Positions 9,394-18,287 are shown, counted from the first letter of the stretch. The stretch: 28,089 bases of DNA from a virus (IMGVR_UViG_3300042997_000382:1-28089); one strand, 5' to 3'. Notes: generated by a model from the letters alone, not told the origin. Numbers and translations: made by a program.

Positions 9394-9543
9394 TTAGCCT
9401 TTCGATTGCGCTCTGTTTGTTTCTTCTAGGTGGTCTATGTATGAGACCAGTTCTGCCGGTGATAGGCGGCCAATATCCCACGGTTTAATTCCGTAAAGAT
9501 ACGACAAAGCGGGCCAAACTTTTAGAAGCTTGGCCCGCACTAT
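9394..9543 (-). CDS. Tail assembly chaperone, -1 frameshift extension (gpT equivalent; not in ORF track)
   Basis: -1 frame after CCCGGAA reads IVRAKLLKVWPALSYLYGIKPWDIGRLSPAELVSYIDHLEETNRAQSKG and stops 5 nt before the tape measure ATG. Confidence 0.8.
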   Translation of the reverse strand: MVRAKLLKVWPALSYLYGIKPWDIGRLSPAELVSYIDHLEETNRAQSKG

Positions 9544-9549
9544 TCCGGG
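9509..9549 (-). promoter_or_regulatory. Programmed -1 frameshift signal: slippery C-CCG-GAA plus downstream hairpin
   Basis: CCCGGAA at 9549-9543, then 4 nt later GCGGGCCAAGCUU-CUAA-AAGUUUGGCCCGC (13 bp, one GU). Confidence 0.7.
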
Positions 9550-9902
9550 TCGTCGTCGTTTTCTTCGGGATCGTCTAACGCGATTTCGAAATCGTCAGGA
9601 TTCAGGTCTTCGGGCCATTCCTCTAGAACGGTTTCGAGACGTAGCGTAGGTTCACCCGATGCACGCCGGGCGAGCCATAACATAATTTGTAGCGAGTCCA
9701 CCGATACGGTTAACTCACCGCCCCAAAAAGCCGAGAACGGCAAACCGCCGCACGCTTTACGTACGGCGATTTGTTCGTCAAAGGGTAGGTTATTTGGACA
9801 GAAAGAATAGGCGTTACCTTTTACGGTAATTCGTAAAACTTGCTGAGCCTGTTCGTTTTCTTTACTGCGTTTGCCGATACCCGGTCTAGGTGCTGTAGCC
9901 AT
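9540..9902 (-). CDS. Tail assembly chaperone (gpG equivalent)
   Basis: Start MATAPRPG with AGGAGGG RBS; acidic C-terminus ending in the slippery site; lies upstream of tape measure. Confidence 0.8.
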   Translation of the reverse strand: MATAPRPGIGKRSKENEQAQQVLRITVKGNAYSFCPNNLPFDEQIAVRKACGGLPFSAFWGGELTVSVDSLQIMLWLARRASGEPTLRLETVLEEWPEDLNPDDFEIALDDPEENDDDPE

Positions 9903-9926
9903 GTTGAAACCCTCCTGCAAGGTTTG

Positions 9927-10406
9927 TTATTTGTCGGGAAATGCTCGCGCGGCTACCCGGTCGATTGCGGCGGCGTGAGCTGCCACAATGTCGTTTAGGT
10001 GCCGAGCTAGTGCCGCGTTAATTGCGTACGGTCCTTCGTTTCGTTCTGCTACTTTCCAGCCTGCGCCGACCCATTCCGGGTGCTGACGTTTGCCTTCTAG
10101 TTTTGTTGCATACCAACCGGTTCGCCGTTTAGCTCCCCAAAAAGCAACGTTAGCCATAGCCGTAGGGTTTCGTTTACCCTTCGACGGTTTAATTTGGATA
10201 CGTGCGCTACGTGCGTTTGCGGAACCTTTAATAGCCGAAGCGGCGCGACGCTGAATACCGCCCATAGAACGGGCTTCGTTTTGCGATACGCGTTCCGCTA
10301 TTTTTGCTACGTCGCGGTTTGCTCTAGTTAGTTCTTTCGGGAATTCGGGACCGACGGCCTTTAGGGCTTTACGGAATTCGCGTAGCCCGGTTATCTCAAC
10401 GGCCAC
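9927..10406 (-). CDS. HK97 gp10-like tail/neck component
   Basis: VEITGLREFRKALK N-terminus, basic, FWG motif. Confidence 0.7.
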   Translation of the reverse strand: MAVEITGLREFRKALKAVGPEFPKELTRANRDVAKIAERVSQNEARSMGGIQRRAASAIKGSANARSARIQIKPSKGKRNPTAMANVAFWGAKRRTGWYATKLEGKRQHPEWVGAGWKVAERNEGPYAINAALARHLNDIVAAHAAAIDRVAARAFPDK

Positions 10407-10409
10407 GCG

Positions 10410-11558
10410 TTACGGCGTAGCGTCGCTATTGACCAGTACGGCGGTAATTGCTGACGCATCGGTAGACGATGCGACACACTTAAACGGAAGCGACTGCGTA
10501 AGAATCTCGCGGCCGCCGACCTGAGGGGTAGAACCGTCTACCCGAACGTTTGTAGTAATCGTTACCGAGTCGCTGCCGGAAGTGAACGAAGCAACTAGCG
10601 CAGCTTCCGAACCGGTAACGAAACGGCGGTACTGAGTAAGGTCGGTAAATTCTAGTTCGATCGTGCCGGTGTATTCGCGTAGACCAGTTTCGAGAGGTTC
10701 CAAAATACGTTGGTTACCGAGGAAGCGGCGAGCGTCGTCTAGTCCGTTGTTGCCGGAAATGGTGAGGCTCTTAGCGTTAACCGATACGCCACCGATAGAA
10801 ACGGCCGCGTGATTAAACTTTAGCGGCTTAATTGCTGACGGGTACGAAGCGGCAGCTAAAGCGATTCCGAGAGTAAACGAAATGCTAGTACCGGAAGCGG
10901 TAGCGTTAGCGGAAAGCGTCGCGGCCGTCGCCGACTGAACCGAAAGGATCGTAGCCCCGGACGGGATACCAGTACCGGAAATGGGGTTACCAATATCGGA
11001 AGCGTTAAACGCTGCGCTAGCCGACGTGATCGCAGCGGACCCGGAAGTAGTAACGCCGTCGGTTACGGTGCGAAAGTCGATTTCACGCGAACCGACTACT
11101 TCCATTCCGAGGGTAGCAATTTCGCCAGCTGCGCAGGCGATTTCCCACGATGAAACTTTCATACCCGCATAGGTGAACGGGTACGTAGTGCCGTCGGTTG
11201 CCGGTCGGCCTACCTGAATAGTAAGCGCGTCGCCGGTAAGGTCGCCGGGTGTGAACGTATGCGTATACGGTCCCGCACCGGTAGTAGCAACGTCACCGAA
11301 CATAGCGGTAAACAGTTTGCCTAGACCACGGTTGTAAAGCTCATGTTCCACGGAACCGGAAACGGTAATGTCGCCGCCGTTCCATTGCTGAGAAGCGAGC
11401 ACAGTACGACCGGCAATAATGCCCGCCGACTCTAAGCGCGCGCGCTCTTGCATAAGAGACTCGGAAACCAACGGAAGAAACGCGGTAACCGTAACCGGTG
11501 TACCTACGGTGCTTTCCAATGCGTAACCGATTTGTGCGTCCATACCTGTACGGCCCAT
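10410..11558 (-). CDS. Major tail tube protein with internal Ser/Thr/Ala-rich inserted domain
   Basis: QIGYALES..GTPV, YTHTFTP, YAGMKVSSWEI, REYTGTIELEF motifs. Confidence 0.85.
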   Translation of the reverse strand: MGRTGMDAQIGYALESTVGTPVTVTAFLPLVSESLMQERARLESAGIIAGRTVLASQQWNGGDITVSGSVEHELYNRGLGKLFTAMFGDVATTGAGPYTHTFTPGDLTGDALTIQVGRPATDGTTYPFTYAGMKVSSWEIACAAGEIATLGMEVVGSREIDFRTVTDGVTTSGSAAITSASAAFNASDIGNPISGTGIPSGATILSVQSATAATLSANATASGTSISFTLGIALAAASYPSAIKPLKFNHAAVSIGGVSVNAKSLTISGNNGLDDARRFLGNQRILEPLETGLREYTGTIELEFTDLTQYRRFVTGSEAALVASFTSGSDSVTITTNVRVDGSTPQVGGREILTQSLPFKCVASSTDASAITAVLVNSDATP

Positions 11559-11755
11559 TATTTAACTTCCTTCGTCTCGACCGGTTCGGTCTTGTCTACG
11601 GCTTTAGCCGACGTTTTTAACGGTTTGTTTGTCCAGCCTTGCGCCGTCAAAAGTTCGGCGTAGGTTTCGTCCACGGTGACGGTTTCGCCATCCGCTACGA
11701 CAATTTGTAACGCGGCTAGATATAGGTCGCCGCCTGTAGTGTTTGTGACCTGCAT
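11558..11755 (-). CDS. Small hypothetical virion-associated protein
   Basis: TAATG overlap with tail tube; AAGGAA RBS; VADGETVTVD pattern. Confidence 0.65.
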   Translation of the reverse strand: MQVTNTTGGDLYLAALQIVVADGETVTVDETYAELLTAQGWTNKPLKTSAKAVDKTEPVETKEVK

Positions 11756-11768
11756 TGTTTACGTTCCT

Positions 11769-12215
11769 TTATAAAAGGCGGGTAGAAACTGTTACGACAA
11801 CTTCTGCGAAACCGGCCGGGCCTTCGGGAAACATTGCCGAGGTTTGCCGTTCTTCGGTTACTTCTGCGGATAGAACGCCGTCGAGGTCAGCTAGGGAAGT
11901 ATCGTCGGCGAGTGTGTCTTCGATTGTTGCGACGATTTGCGTTAACCGGTGCATAGTGTCGGTGAGTGTTCCGTAGCCGATCACGCGAATTTGAAGCGGC
12001 AAAGTAAAAATGTCGTCGCGTTGTTTACGTCCGCCGGTCATTACCGGAATATTTACGGTGCCGTCGATTTCGTCTAGCCATATAAGTTCGGCTTGCGTTA
12101 CGCGATCGCCGGGCCAGCCCGGTTCTACTGTCACGTTTGCTAGTAGCGGCTCTGCACGTAGTAGAGATACGACGCGTTCGGCGGCTTGCCAGCGGATAGA
12201 GGTAGTAGCGGTCAC
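11769..12215 (-). CDS. Tail terminator / tail completion protein
   Basis: Position, acidic alpha/beta pattern, D.SL..LDGV motif; coupled to upstream gene. Confidence 0.7.
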   Translation of the reverse strand: MTATTSIRWQAAERVVSLLRAEPLLANVTVEPGWPGDRVTQAELIWLDEIDGTVNIPVMTGGRKQRDDIFTLPLQIRVIGYGTLTDTMHRLTQIVATIEDTLADDTSLADLDGVLSAEVTEERQTSAMFPEGPAGFAEVVVTVSTRLL

Positions 12216-12784
12216 GCTAGACCCGGTGCAATGTATTCGCGGAAACTGTTTAGCAGTCGGTCGACCTCTAGGAATCCAGTTGGTCGGCCTCTATTCCAGT
12301 CCGGCGTGCTATAGCGGGTCATAGAACCATCGAAGCTTTGCGCGATTACGTCGCGGGATTGTCCCGAACGGTCAGCGAAAGCAACGGACCGGCAGTATTC
12401 CGCGCACGCGCGTAGCAACGGTTCCGGCGGTGTAGCGATACCGTAGGTATAGGTCACGGTCAGTACGTCCGCTCCATACCATGCAGGACCGTAAATTAAG
12501 CCCGTAGCGGTCTCCGTAGTGAGGTCCGTTAGTAGTCCGGCTACGCCGTCAACGGTGAACGCTGAGACGCTAACTACCGGACGGTTTGCGAGCTGAACCC
12601 ATTTATTAGGGCGTACCGTTTGTTCAGCGGTCGCGGTCCGCGTTTGGAAAGCGGTTTGTAGATACCGTTCGGCGATATCTTCGAACTCGGCAACTAGGTT
12701 AGTTAGTTCCGTATCCGTGTACGTCGTCTGATTAGATAACGCCGGAATACGTGAACGAACCTGCGCGGGAGTGAGATACGCCAC
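12212..12784 (-). CDS. Head-to-tail adaptor
   Basis: AYLTPAQVR, AERYL, RPVVSVSA, VTYTYG..PEPL..A, EVDRLLNSFR pattern. Confidence 0.8.
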   Translation of the reverse strand: MAYLTPAQVRSRIPALSNQTTYTDTELTNLVAEFEDIAERYLQTAFQTRTATAEQTVRPNKWVQLANRPVVSVSAFTVDGVAGLLTDLTTETATGLIYGPAWYGADVLTVTYTYGIATPPEPLLRACAEYCRSVAFADRSGQSRDVIAQSFDGSMTRYSTPDWNRGRPTGFLEVDRLLNSFREYIAPGLA

Positions 12785-12789
12785 GGCGT

Positions 12790-13020
12790 TTATTCCTTAG
12801 CGGCGCGACGGGCGCGCGGCTTCGGTTCGGCGGCGGTTTCGGTAACCGGGTCGATGGTGGTCGTCTCGACCTTTGCCGTCTTGCGGGTTACTGGTTCTGC
12901 GAAACCGTTTGCGAATAGATCGGTTGCGACGTTTTCGGGTACGTCGAATTCGTTTCCTTTGCCCGGCCAGTCTTGGCCGTCAATGGTTCCCGAAATGTCA
13001 GCGAGCATACGAATACGCAT
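12790..13020 (-). CDS. Small hypothetical protein typical of the post-capsid position
   Basis: MRIRML..ISG...WP..G.EFDVP...A..L.ANG.AE with basic tail. Confidence 0.7.
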   Translation of the reverse strand: MRIRMLADISGTIDGQDWPGKGNEFDVPENVATDLFANGFAEPVTRKTAKVETTTIDPVTETAAEPKPRARRAAKE

Positions 13021-13049
13021 AAGAGAAAGTTTCCTTTATAGGTGGTGGC

Positions 13050-13093
13050 GGTTTACGCCGGTCCGGGAAGGGGATACCGAACCGACGTAAACC
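13050..13093 (-). other. 17-bp RNA hairpin after the capsid gene, loop UAUCCCCUUC
   Basis: GGUUUACGUCGGUUCGG / CCGGACCGGCGUAAACC; both non-canonical pairs are GU only on the minus strand; no U-tract follows. Confidence 0.75.
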
Positions 13094-13114
13094 AAACCAA
13101 AAGGCGAAGCTATA

Positions 13115-14314
13115 TCAGCTTGCGCCGCCGACGAAATGCTTAACCGCGCCGGTCTGGTCAATGAGTAGACCATCGGTACGGAGCTGCACACGGAACGTAC
13201 GAACCGAGTAGTCAAACGCAAAGTCGTCAGAAACTGCGACGTCGAGACCGTTAGCCTCGCGGATGTAGTAGCTCGGGAAGTGTCCGAACAAAACTGACTT
13301 AGCCGAAACTGCCGGGTTAGCCATTGAGTCGTTCAGATAGACCGGGAAGCCAAGAAGGCTATCCGGGTCGCCGTTCATGCCGGGAGCAAAAAGGTAGTGA
13401 TCGTTTGTCGATCCCTTAAGCTTACGAGCTGCGGCCATAGCGGTATTGTTCATCATCCAGCCCACGCCCGGTTGCGACGTGTACGCCGAGCCAACCGAAT
13501 AACGAAGGTCGATTAGATTATCCCCGGTGAAAGCACCAGAGACAGAAGTCGAGCCAGTCTTGCCAGCGGTTGAGCTAGTAACGATACCGGTCGGTTTCGA
13601 ACTGCCGTCACCCGTGGTCATATGTCCACGAGTAGCGACACCGATAGCGGTACCGGCCTGACGAGCGAGGAAGCCTGCAACGTCTACGGCACCATCTGAA
13701 GCGAGCTCATTCGAGAGCTGCACAAGAACCGTATACTTATAAGCTCCGAGCGCACGAGTAGCAAGAGTCGGATCGGAAGCGGAAGCCTGCGCAGCTTCGC
13801 CAACGATAGACGCGGTACTAAACGCGGTAGACGTAGGAACGTTCAGCGTCTCGCCGGTGTTCGTAGTAACGACAGTAGCGACGTTACGAACCACGTTCGT
13901 CTGAACGAGGTGTTCAACGATGCGGTCGTAAACGGAAGTCGGAACCGCACCACCCGAAGACGAAGACGTAATAGCGCGCTTCTCGAAACGTGCGCTACGA
14001 ATTTCGCCGTTCATAAGTGAACGAACGGTGTCTTCGTCGCTGTTCTCAACAGAAGCGGTAGCGGTTGCGCCGAGGTCGGCCGGGACGCCAAGACGGGCGC
14101 GGCTTTCTTCGATATCGCGATTACGCTGCTCCGCGTCGATGATTGACTTAATACGCGCGTCAGCGGTATCAAGCTCTGCGTTAATGCGGTCGAACTGCTC
14201 TGATTCCTCGGCGGACAGGTCGCGTGCTTCGGTAGCGGCGTGGTCAAGTAGACCCTTTGCCTGCTCCCATGCGCGGGCGCGCTGTTCGCTAAGGTTCTTA
14301 ATAAACTCAGACAT
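13115..14314 (-). CDS. HK97-fold major capsid protein with N-terminal delta (scaffold) domain
   Basis: Coiled-coil first ~110 aa, GGAVP, VGEA, SNEL..D, GDGSSKPTGI, WMMN, LLGFPV, RTDG; AAGGAAAGG RBS. Confidence 0.95.
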   Translation of the reverse strand: MSEFIKNLSEQRARAWEQAKGLLDHAATEARDLSAEESEQFDRINAELDTADARIKSIIDAEQRNRDIEESRARLGVPADLGATATASVENSDEDTVRSLMNGEIRSARFEKRAITSSSSGGAVPTSVYDRIVEHLVQTNVVRNVATVVTTNTGETLNVPTSTAFSTASIVGEAAQASASDPTLATRALGAYKYTVLVQLSNELASDGAVDVAGFLARQAGTAIGVATRGHMTTGDGSSKPTGIVTSSTAGKTGSTSVSGAFTGDNLIDLRYSVGSAYTSQPGVGWMMNNTAMAAARKLKGSTNDHYLFAPGMNGDPDSLLGFPVYLNDSMANPAVSAKSVLFGHFPSYYIREANGLDVAVSDDFAFDYSVRTFRVQLRTDGLLIDQTGAVKHFVGGAS

Positions 14315-14350
14315 AGCCGAGCCTTTCCTTAGTTGGATTTTTGTAGGGGT

Positions 14351-14407
14351 AGCAAGTGAATAATCGCGGTGGTGCGCATAGCGTCCGGGCGCGTTATTCG
14401 GGTCGCT
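14351..14407 (-). promoter_or_regulatory. Structured leader upstream of the capsid gene
   Basis: Nested stems AGCGA/UUGCU, GAAUAA/UUAUUC, CGCG/CGCG, CGC-UAU-GCG. Confidence 0.55.
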
Positions 14408-14409
14408 GG

Positions 14410-15435
14410 TTACTTACGCTTTCGCGCTAGTTCTAAATACCGTCGGGCGATATCTACAGACCGTCCCGGTTCGGGAGTGTCGGTAGCATCGTCGGCGGTG
14501 CGTACGGTTGCTCCGGTCGTCGCTGCGTAGGCAGGCTGACCGCTGACTACGGAAACTTCGTGCAGGCGAATCTCTCGAAGGGTGCGCGCGGAACCGTCTG
14601 CGCTCCAAACATCGCCGGATTTCGGGACAGTAAAACCAAAGCTCATAGAGTGAACAACGCCTTCGCGGAGAAGTACCGAAAGGTCACGCCCGGCGGTAGT
14701 GTCGGGAAGCGTCATATTAACGCGTAGCCCGCGCTCATCCTCTGCGAGCTGTAGCGAACCGTTCTTAGTGGTCGCTAATGGCATATCGGAATTATGGTTT
14801 ACGTACGCGCGAATTTCCTTACCGGAATTAAGCGAACGCTTAAACGCGCCGGGTGCGATCGTCTCGATAAACGGCAGCGGTTCGCTAGGTGAATTGAAAA
14901 CGGCAGCGTAACCAGTAAACGAACGCGCGAAACCTTCGGCGTCTTCGTCGCTAGCCTCTAGCGTCCCTACCTCTACGGTGCGAAACTCTACGTCACGCCC
15001 GGCGATACGGCGAGCCTCTACCGGATAGGCGGCATAGCGCACCGGTTCCGGTTCCGTAACTGTTTCTTCGGTCATATCTTCCATTGTCTCTACGTCAACC
15101 GGCGCAACGTCTGACGTTAAACTTTCCGGGATAATCCAAAACTTACATACGCCCATCGGGTCAATATCGCCCGCAACGATTTCGCACGCGCGCGGACCCT
15201 CATAAAACGAACAGTTCGAACAAACCAAACCTTCACTAGCGAACGGGTTAGCGGCAGCGTCTACATAATGCGCGCCAGCCTCACCGATGCCGGTATTAAA
15301 TTGCCCGAACAATTCGGTAACCGCTTCTAAGTCTTCGTACTGTTTTTGCTGACGCGGCGTAAGCGGGTACATACCTTCGCCGTTGCGGGTTTCTTCGGTC
15401 ATAGTGAAAGCTCTTTCGTTCTGTTCGCTTGCCAT
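14410..15435 (-). CDS. HK97-type prohead protease with N-terminal HiPIP-like Cys4 domain
   Basis: FTGYAAVFN, ETIAPGAF, NHN, MSFGF, LHEVSVV.QPAY protease motifs; N-terminal CSNCSFY...C..VAGDIDPMGVCKFW. Start is 15435 or 15402. Confidence 0.9.
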   Translation of the reverse strand: MASEQNERAFTMTEETRNGEGMYPLTPRQQKQYEDLEAVTELFGQFNTGIGEAGAHYVDAAANPFASEGLVCSNCSFYEGPRACEIVAGDIDPMGVCKFWIIPESLTSDVAPVDVETMEDMTEETVTEPEPVRYAAYPVEARRIAGRDVEFRTVEVGTLEASDEDAEGFARSFTGYAAVFNSPSEPLPFIETIAPGAFKRSLNSGKEIRAYVNHNSDMPLATTKNGSLQLAEDERGLRVNMTLPDTTAGRDLSVLLREGVVHSMSFGFTVPKSGDVWSADGSARTLREIRLHEVSVVSGQPAYAATTGATVRTADDATDTPEPGRSVDIARRYLELARKRK

Positions 15436-16610
15436 TATTCCGGCGGGTCTGCGTCAACGCCGACCGGCGGTAGATCGGGATTGCCACCGGGACCGGCCAT
15501 AGGACTGCCCGGTAGGGCCATTACGAAATTGTCCCCATTCGGGTAAGGTTCCATTCCTTCGACGTGGCGCGCTTCGTTCGGCGTGATAAAGCCGGAAGCG
15601 ATACCGAGCTGATGAGCGCGGTACCGGTTAATTGTATCGGCGCGAAGAAATGCGGAAGTATCAAACTCGACGCGCTGCGCAGATGGCATAAGATTAGAAA
15701 ACGCCGCTTCAATTCTGCGCAACCACGGCAGCAGAGTAAACGTAAGAAAGTTGAGACCGGCCTGTTCGTTATTTGTGTACGTTTGACTAGCGGATTTCGC
15801 GCCAATCATATGCGCCGGAATACGGAAGATGCGCGCAATTTCTGCTACTGCATATTCTCGCGATGCGTTTAGTTCCATATCGGCGGCGGAAGCGCTAATA
15901 GGTTTCCACTTAACGCCACCGGAAAGAACGGCGGGACGGCGGCGGCGGCGGTGCTGCGTTTCCCATGTAGCCTGCAAAACCTTCGCGGCCTCTACGGTTA
16001 TGTCTCCGTCTACCTCTAGAACGGAAGACGGCGTACCGCCTTCTCCGTACCATTGCGAAACGTGTCGTTCTACGGCAAGCGCTGAACCGATCGTATTCCG
16101 TTGCTGATGTAGTGGGCTAATTCCTTTAGCGGCTTGCGGCGGCGTAAACCATCGCAAGTGCAAAATTTGGTTAGGGTCAATATCTGAACCGGCAACCGTA
16201 TACGTACGCGAATTTCCTACGATCGTGACATTTACGTTATCGGGATGTAGCGGCACGACCTGAGAAGGAAGCCCGGCAGTACCGCCCGCATAGTCAAGCC
16301 ATAGATACGCGTTGCCATGTAACGCCAGCGACGAAACGACCATATGGATAAGTTCGTATTGCGTAACCGTTTCGGCCGGGTCAGTTAAAAACGTAGGGGT
16401 CTCGATACGTGTATTGCGTTCGCCGGTCTGACTGACCGCGCGCAACGGCAACGCCGCTACCGAGTCGGCCAGTAGAGAAACGCACGACAGAACCGCCGCA
16501 ACCTCTAACGCGGTTTCTTCTGTAACGTTTTCGCCCGACCAGTTGTTACCGACGAGGAAACCGGAATTCCGTAACGGCGCGGGCATTGCCCGTTTTGCAA
16601 AAAGGCTCAT
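15435..16610 (-). CDS. HK97-family portal protein
   Basis: AVLSCVSLLADSVAALP, LHGNAY, GISPL, EIARIFRIP, TPNEAR motifs. Confidence 0.95.
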   Translation of the reverse strand: MSLFAKRAMPAPLRNSGFLVGNNWSGENVTEETALEVAAVLSCVSLLADSVAALPLRAVSQTGERNTRIETPTFLTDPAETVTQYELIHMVVSSLALHGNAYLWLDYAGGTAGLPSQVVPLHPDNVNVTIVGNSRTYTVAGSDIDPNQILHLRWFTPPQAAKGISPLHQQRNTIGSALAVERHVSQWYGEGGTPSSVLEVDGDITVEAAKVLQATWETQHRRRRRPAVLSGGVKWKPISASAADMELNASREYAVAEIARIFRIPAHMIGAKSASQTYTNNEQAGLNFLTFTLLPWLRRIEAAFSNLMPSAQRVEFDTSAFLRADTINRYRAHQLGIASGFITPNEARHVEGMEPYPNGDNFVMALPGSPMAGPGGNPDLPPVGVDADPPE

Positions 16611-16750
16611 CGCGTAGCCGCCAACGCAGACCCGGCAATAACCAAAACGCCGCCGCTAATAAACGCAAACGGAACCGAGAACATAGCAATACCCGCAACG
16701 ATCGCCACGGCCCCTATGATTTCGGCGAAAGTAGTTACGGCGTTACGCAT
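16607..16750 (-). CDS. 47-aa two-TM membrane protein between terminase and portal (not in ORF track)
   Basis: MRNAVTTFAEIIGAVAIVAGIAMFSVPFAFISGGVLVIAGSALAATR; ATGA overlap with portal; fills the gap. Confidence 0.75.
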   Translation of the reverse strand: MRNAVTTFAEIIGAVAIVAGIAMFSVPFAFISGGVLVIAGSALAATR

Positions 16751-18287
16751 CGGTAAAGCTCCACGGGTCAATAATTTGCGGCACCGTTTCCGGTGTTGGG
16801 ACGTGCGTAGCGTGCCATACGGCGCGCTCTAATCCTGCGACTGCGCATACGCCTAAATCAATATGGCGGGTGCTTTGTTTGTTTTCTTTTGTAGGGCGCG
16901 CGCCGCGGGCGTCAATCTTTAAAACCATATTTTCGACGTGTCGCGCTAGACGCGGGTCGCCACTATGGGTAAACGTTTTATCTAGGACCGCATCGTAGAA
17001 AAGTTTCCACGCGGTTACCATGCGCTGAACGGAACCCATAGGGTACTCAAGCATAGGTAGACCCTCGTCTTCGAGAGCCTGCATAGAGCGTTGCCAGCGG
17101 TACGGATCCATTCCGATTTCAGCAACCTGCATAGAACGCGCTGCGTTACGAATAGCGGTTTCTACTTCGCTAATCGGTACGCGCCATTCGTTAGAGTCGC
17201 CGGGCTTTTCCCACAAATCGAGTACGTACATATGCGGCCGTTCCTCGACCGTGACCACTACTACGCCGGTACTGTCACCGCTCCACGATCCGTCTGCCAT
17301 AAGCACAACGGGTATAGCCGGGTCGGCGATACGGTCCGGGTCGGCAAGCTTTCCCCACGCGCCATGCGGCAGCGCAGCAGACGAACCGACTACCCATACG
17401 TTCGTTCGTTTCGTACGAAATTCGGATTCAGGAGTACGCACAAGCGTAGACCGGAAATCTTCGTAACTGTTTAGATCACCGATACCGGGGTTAGCTTCGG
17501 CCCAAACTTTCGGGTCGGTATGGTCGGAATCTGAACCGGCTTTAGGTTCCCACCATGAAAAGAAAAACGTAGGGTCGTCTATCTCTTTAGCGGCAACCTG
17601 TTTGCCGTGTTGGTAAAGCGAGTAGCAAAAAGAATCACGACCGAGATTATCGGTACGGGAACCGGCAGTAGTAATACCGAGCATTAAAGGTTCGTGCCGG
17701 GCGCCAGCGCCGAGGGCCATAACGTCCCATAGTTCGCGGTCCGGTTGGACGTGTACCTCATCAAAAACGACCATCGTCGGAGAGAGACCTTCGGACGCGC
17801 CAGCTTCGCGGCTTAGTACCCGATAGACCGAACCGGTTTCGGGAACCTCGATAGCGTCGCGGTAAACTTTAGAAATAGAAGAAAGTTCGGCGTCAAGCTC
17901 AACCATGCGGCGAGCCGAACCGAAAACAATACGAGCCTGCTCACGGGTACCGGCACAAGAATAAACTTCGCCGCCTGCGTCGCCGCAATAAAGCGACCAT
18001 AAAGCAAGCCCGGCACCTAACGCGCTTTTCCCTTGCTTACGTGGCAAGCCGATTAGCGCGGACCGGTGTTTAAGTTTTCCGTCGGGAGTCTCCGCTAGCA
18101 AACTGTCTAATAGTTTTAGCTGCCACGGTCGGAGTTGAATAAGATCTCCAGCCGCACCGCCGACCGAAGCCTTAACTACACGGGCGTAACTGTTAATAAA
18201 TTCGGAAGCCTCACTACCGCGCGTCTTCGTTTTAGCGGTTGCGTTAAACGAAAGCCATCGCGACGGCCAGCCGCTAACCTTCGCCAC
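16743..18287 (-). CDS. terL: Terminase large subunit (HK97 / Terminase_1 type)
   Basis: Walker A PRKQGKS, Walker B VVFDEVH, ITTAG, ANP, nuclease DGSWSGD and HID. Confidence 0.95.
   Translation of the reverse strand: MAKVSGWPSRWLSFNATAKTKTRGSEASEFINSYARVVKASVGGAAGDLIQLRPWQLKLLDSLLAETPDGKLKHRSALIGLPRKQGKSALGAGLALWSLYCGDAGGEVYSCAGTREQARIVFGSARRMVELDAELSSISKVYRDAIEVPETGSVYRVLSREAGASEGLSPTMVVFDEVHVQPDRELWDVMALGAGARHEPLMLGITTAGSRTDNLGRDSFCYSLYQHGKQVAAKEIDDPTFFFSWWEPKAGSDSDHTDPKVWAEANPGIGDLNSYEDFRSTLVRTPESEFRTKRTNVWVVGSSAALPHGAWGKLADPDRIADPAIPVVLMADGSWSGDSTGVVVVTVEERPHMYVLDLWEKPGDSNEWRVPISEVETAIRNAARSMQVAEIGMDPYRWQRSMQALEDEGLPMLEYPMGSVQRMVTAWKLFYDAVLDKTFTHSGDPRLARHVENMVLKIDARGARPTKENKQSTRHIDLGVCAVAGLERAVWHATHVPTPETVPQIIDPWSFTDA

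Noticed and set aside
7204-9429. Long + strand ORFs (7204, 7993, 8596, 9061 and similar ones elsewhere such as 2212, 17091, 24585)
   Set aside because: Antisense shadows of real minus-strand genes; no motifs or RBS.
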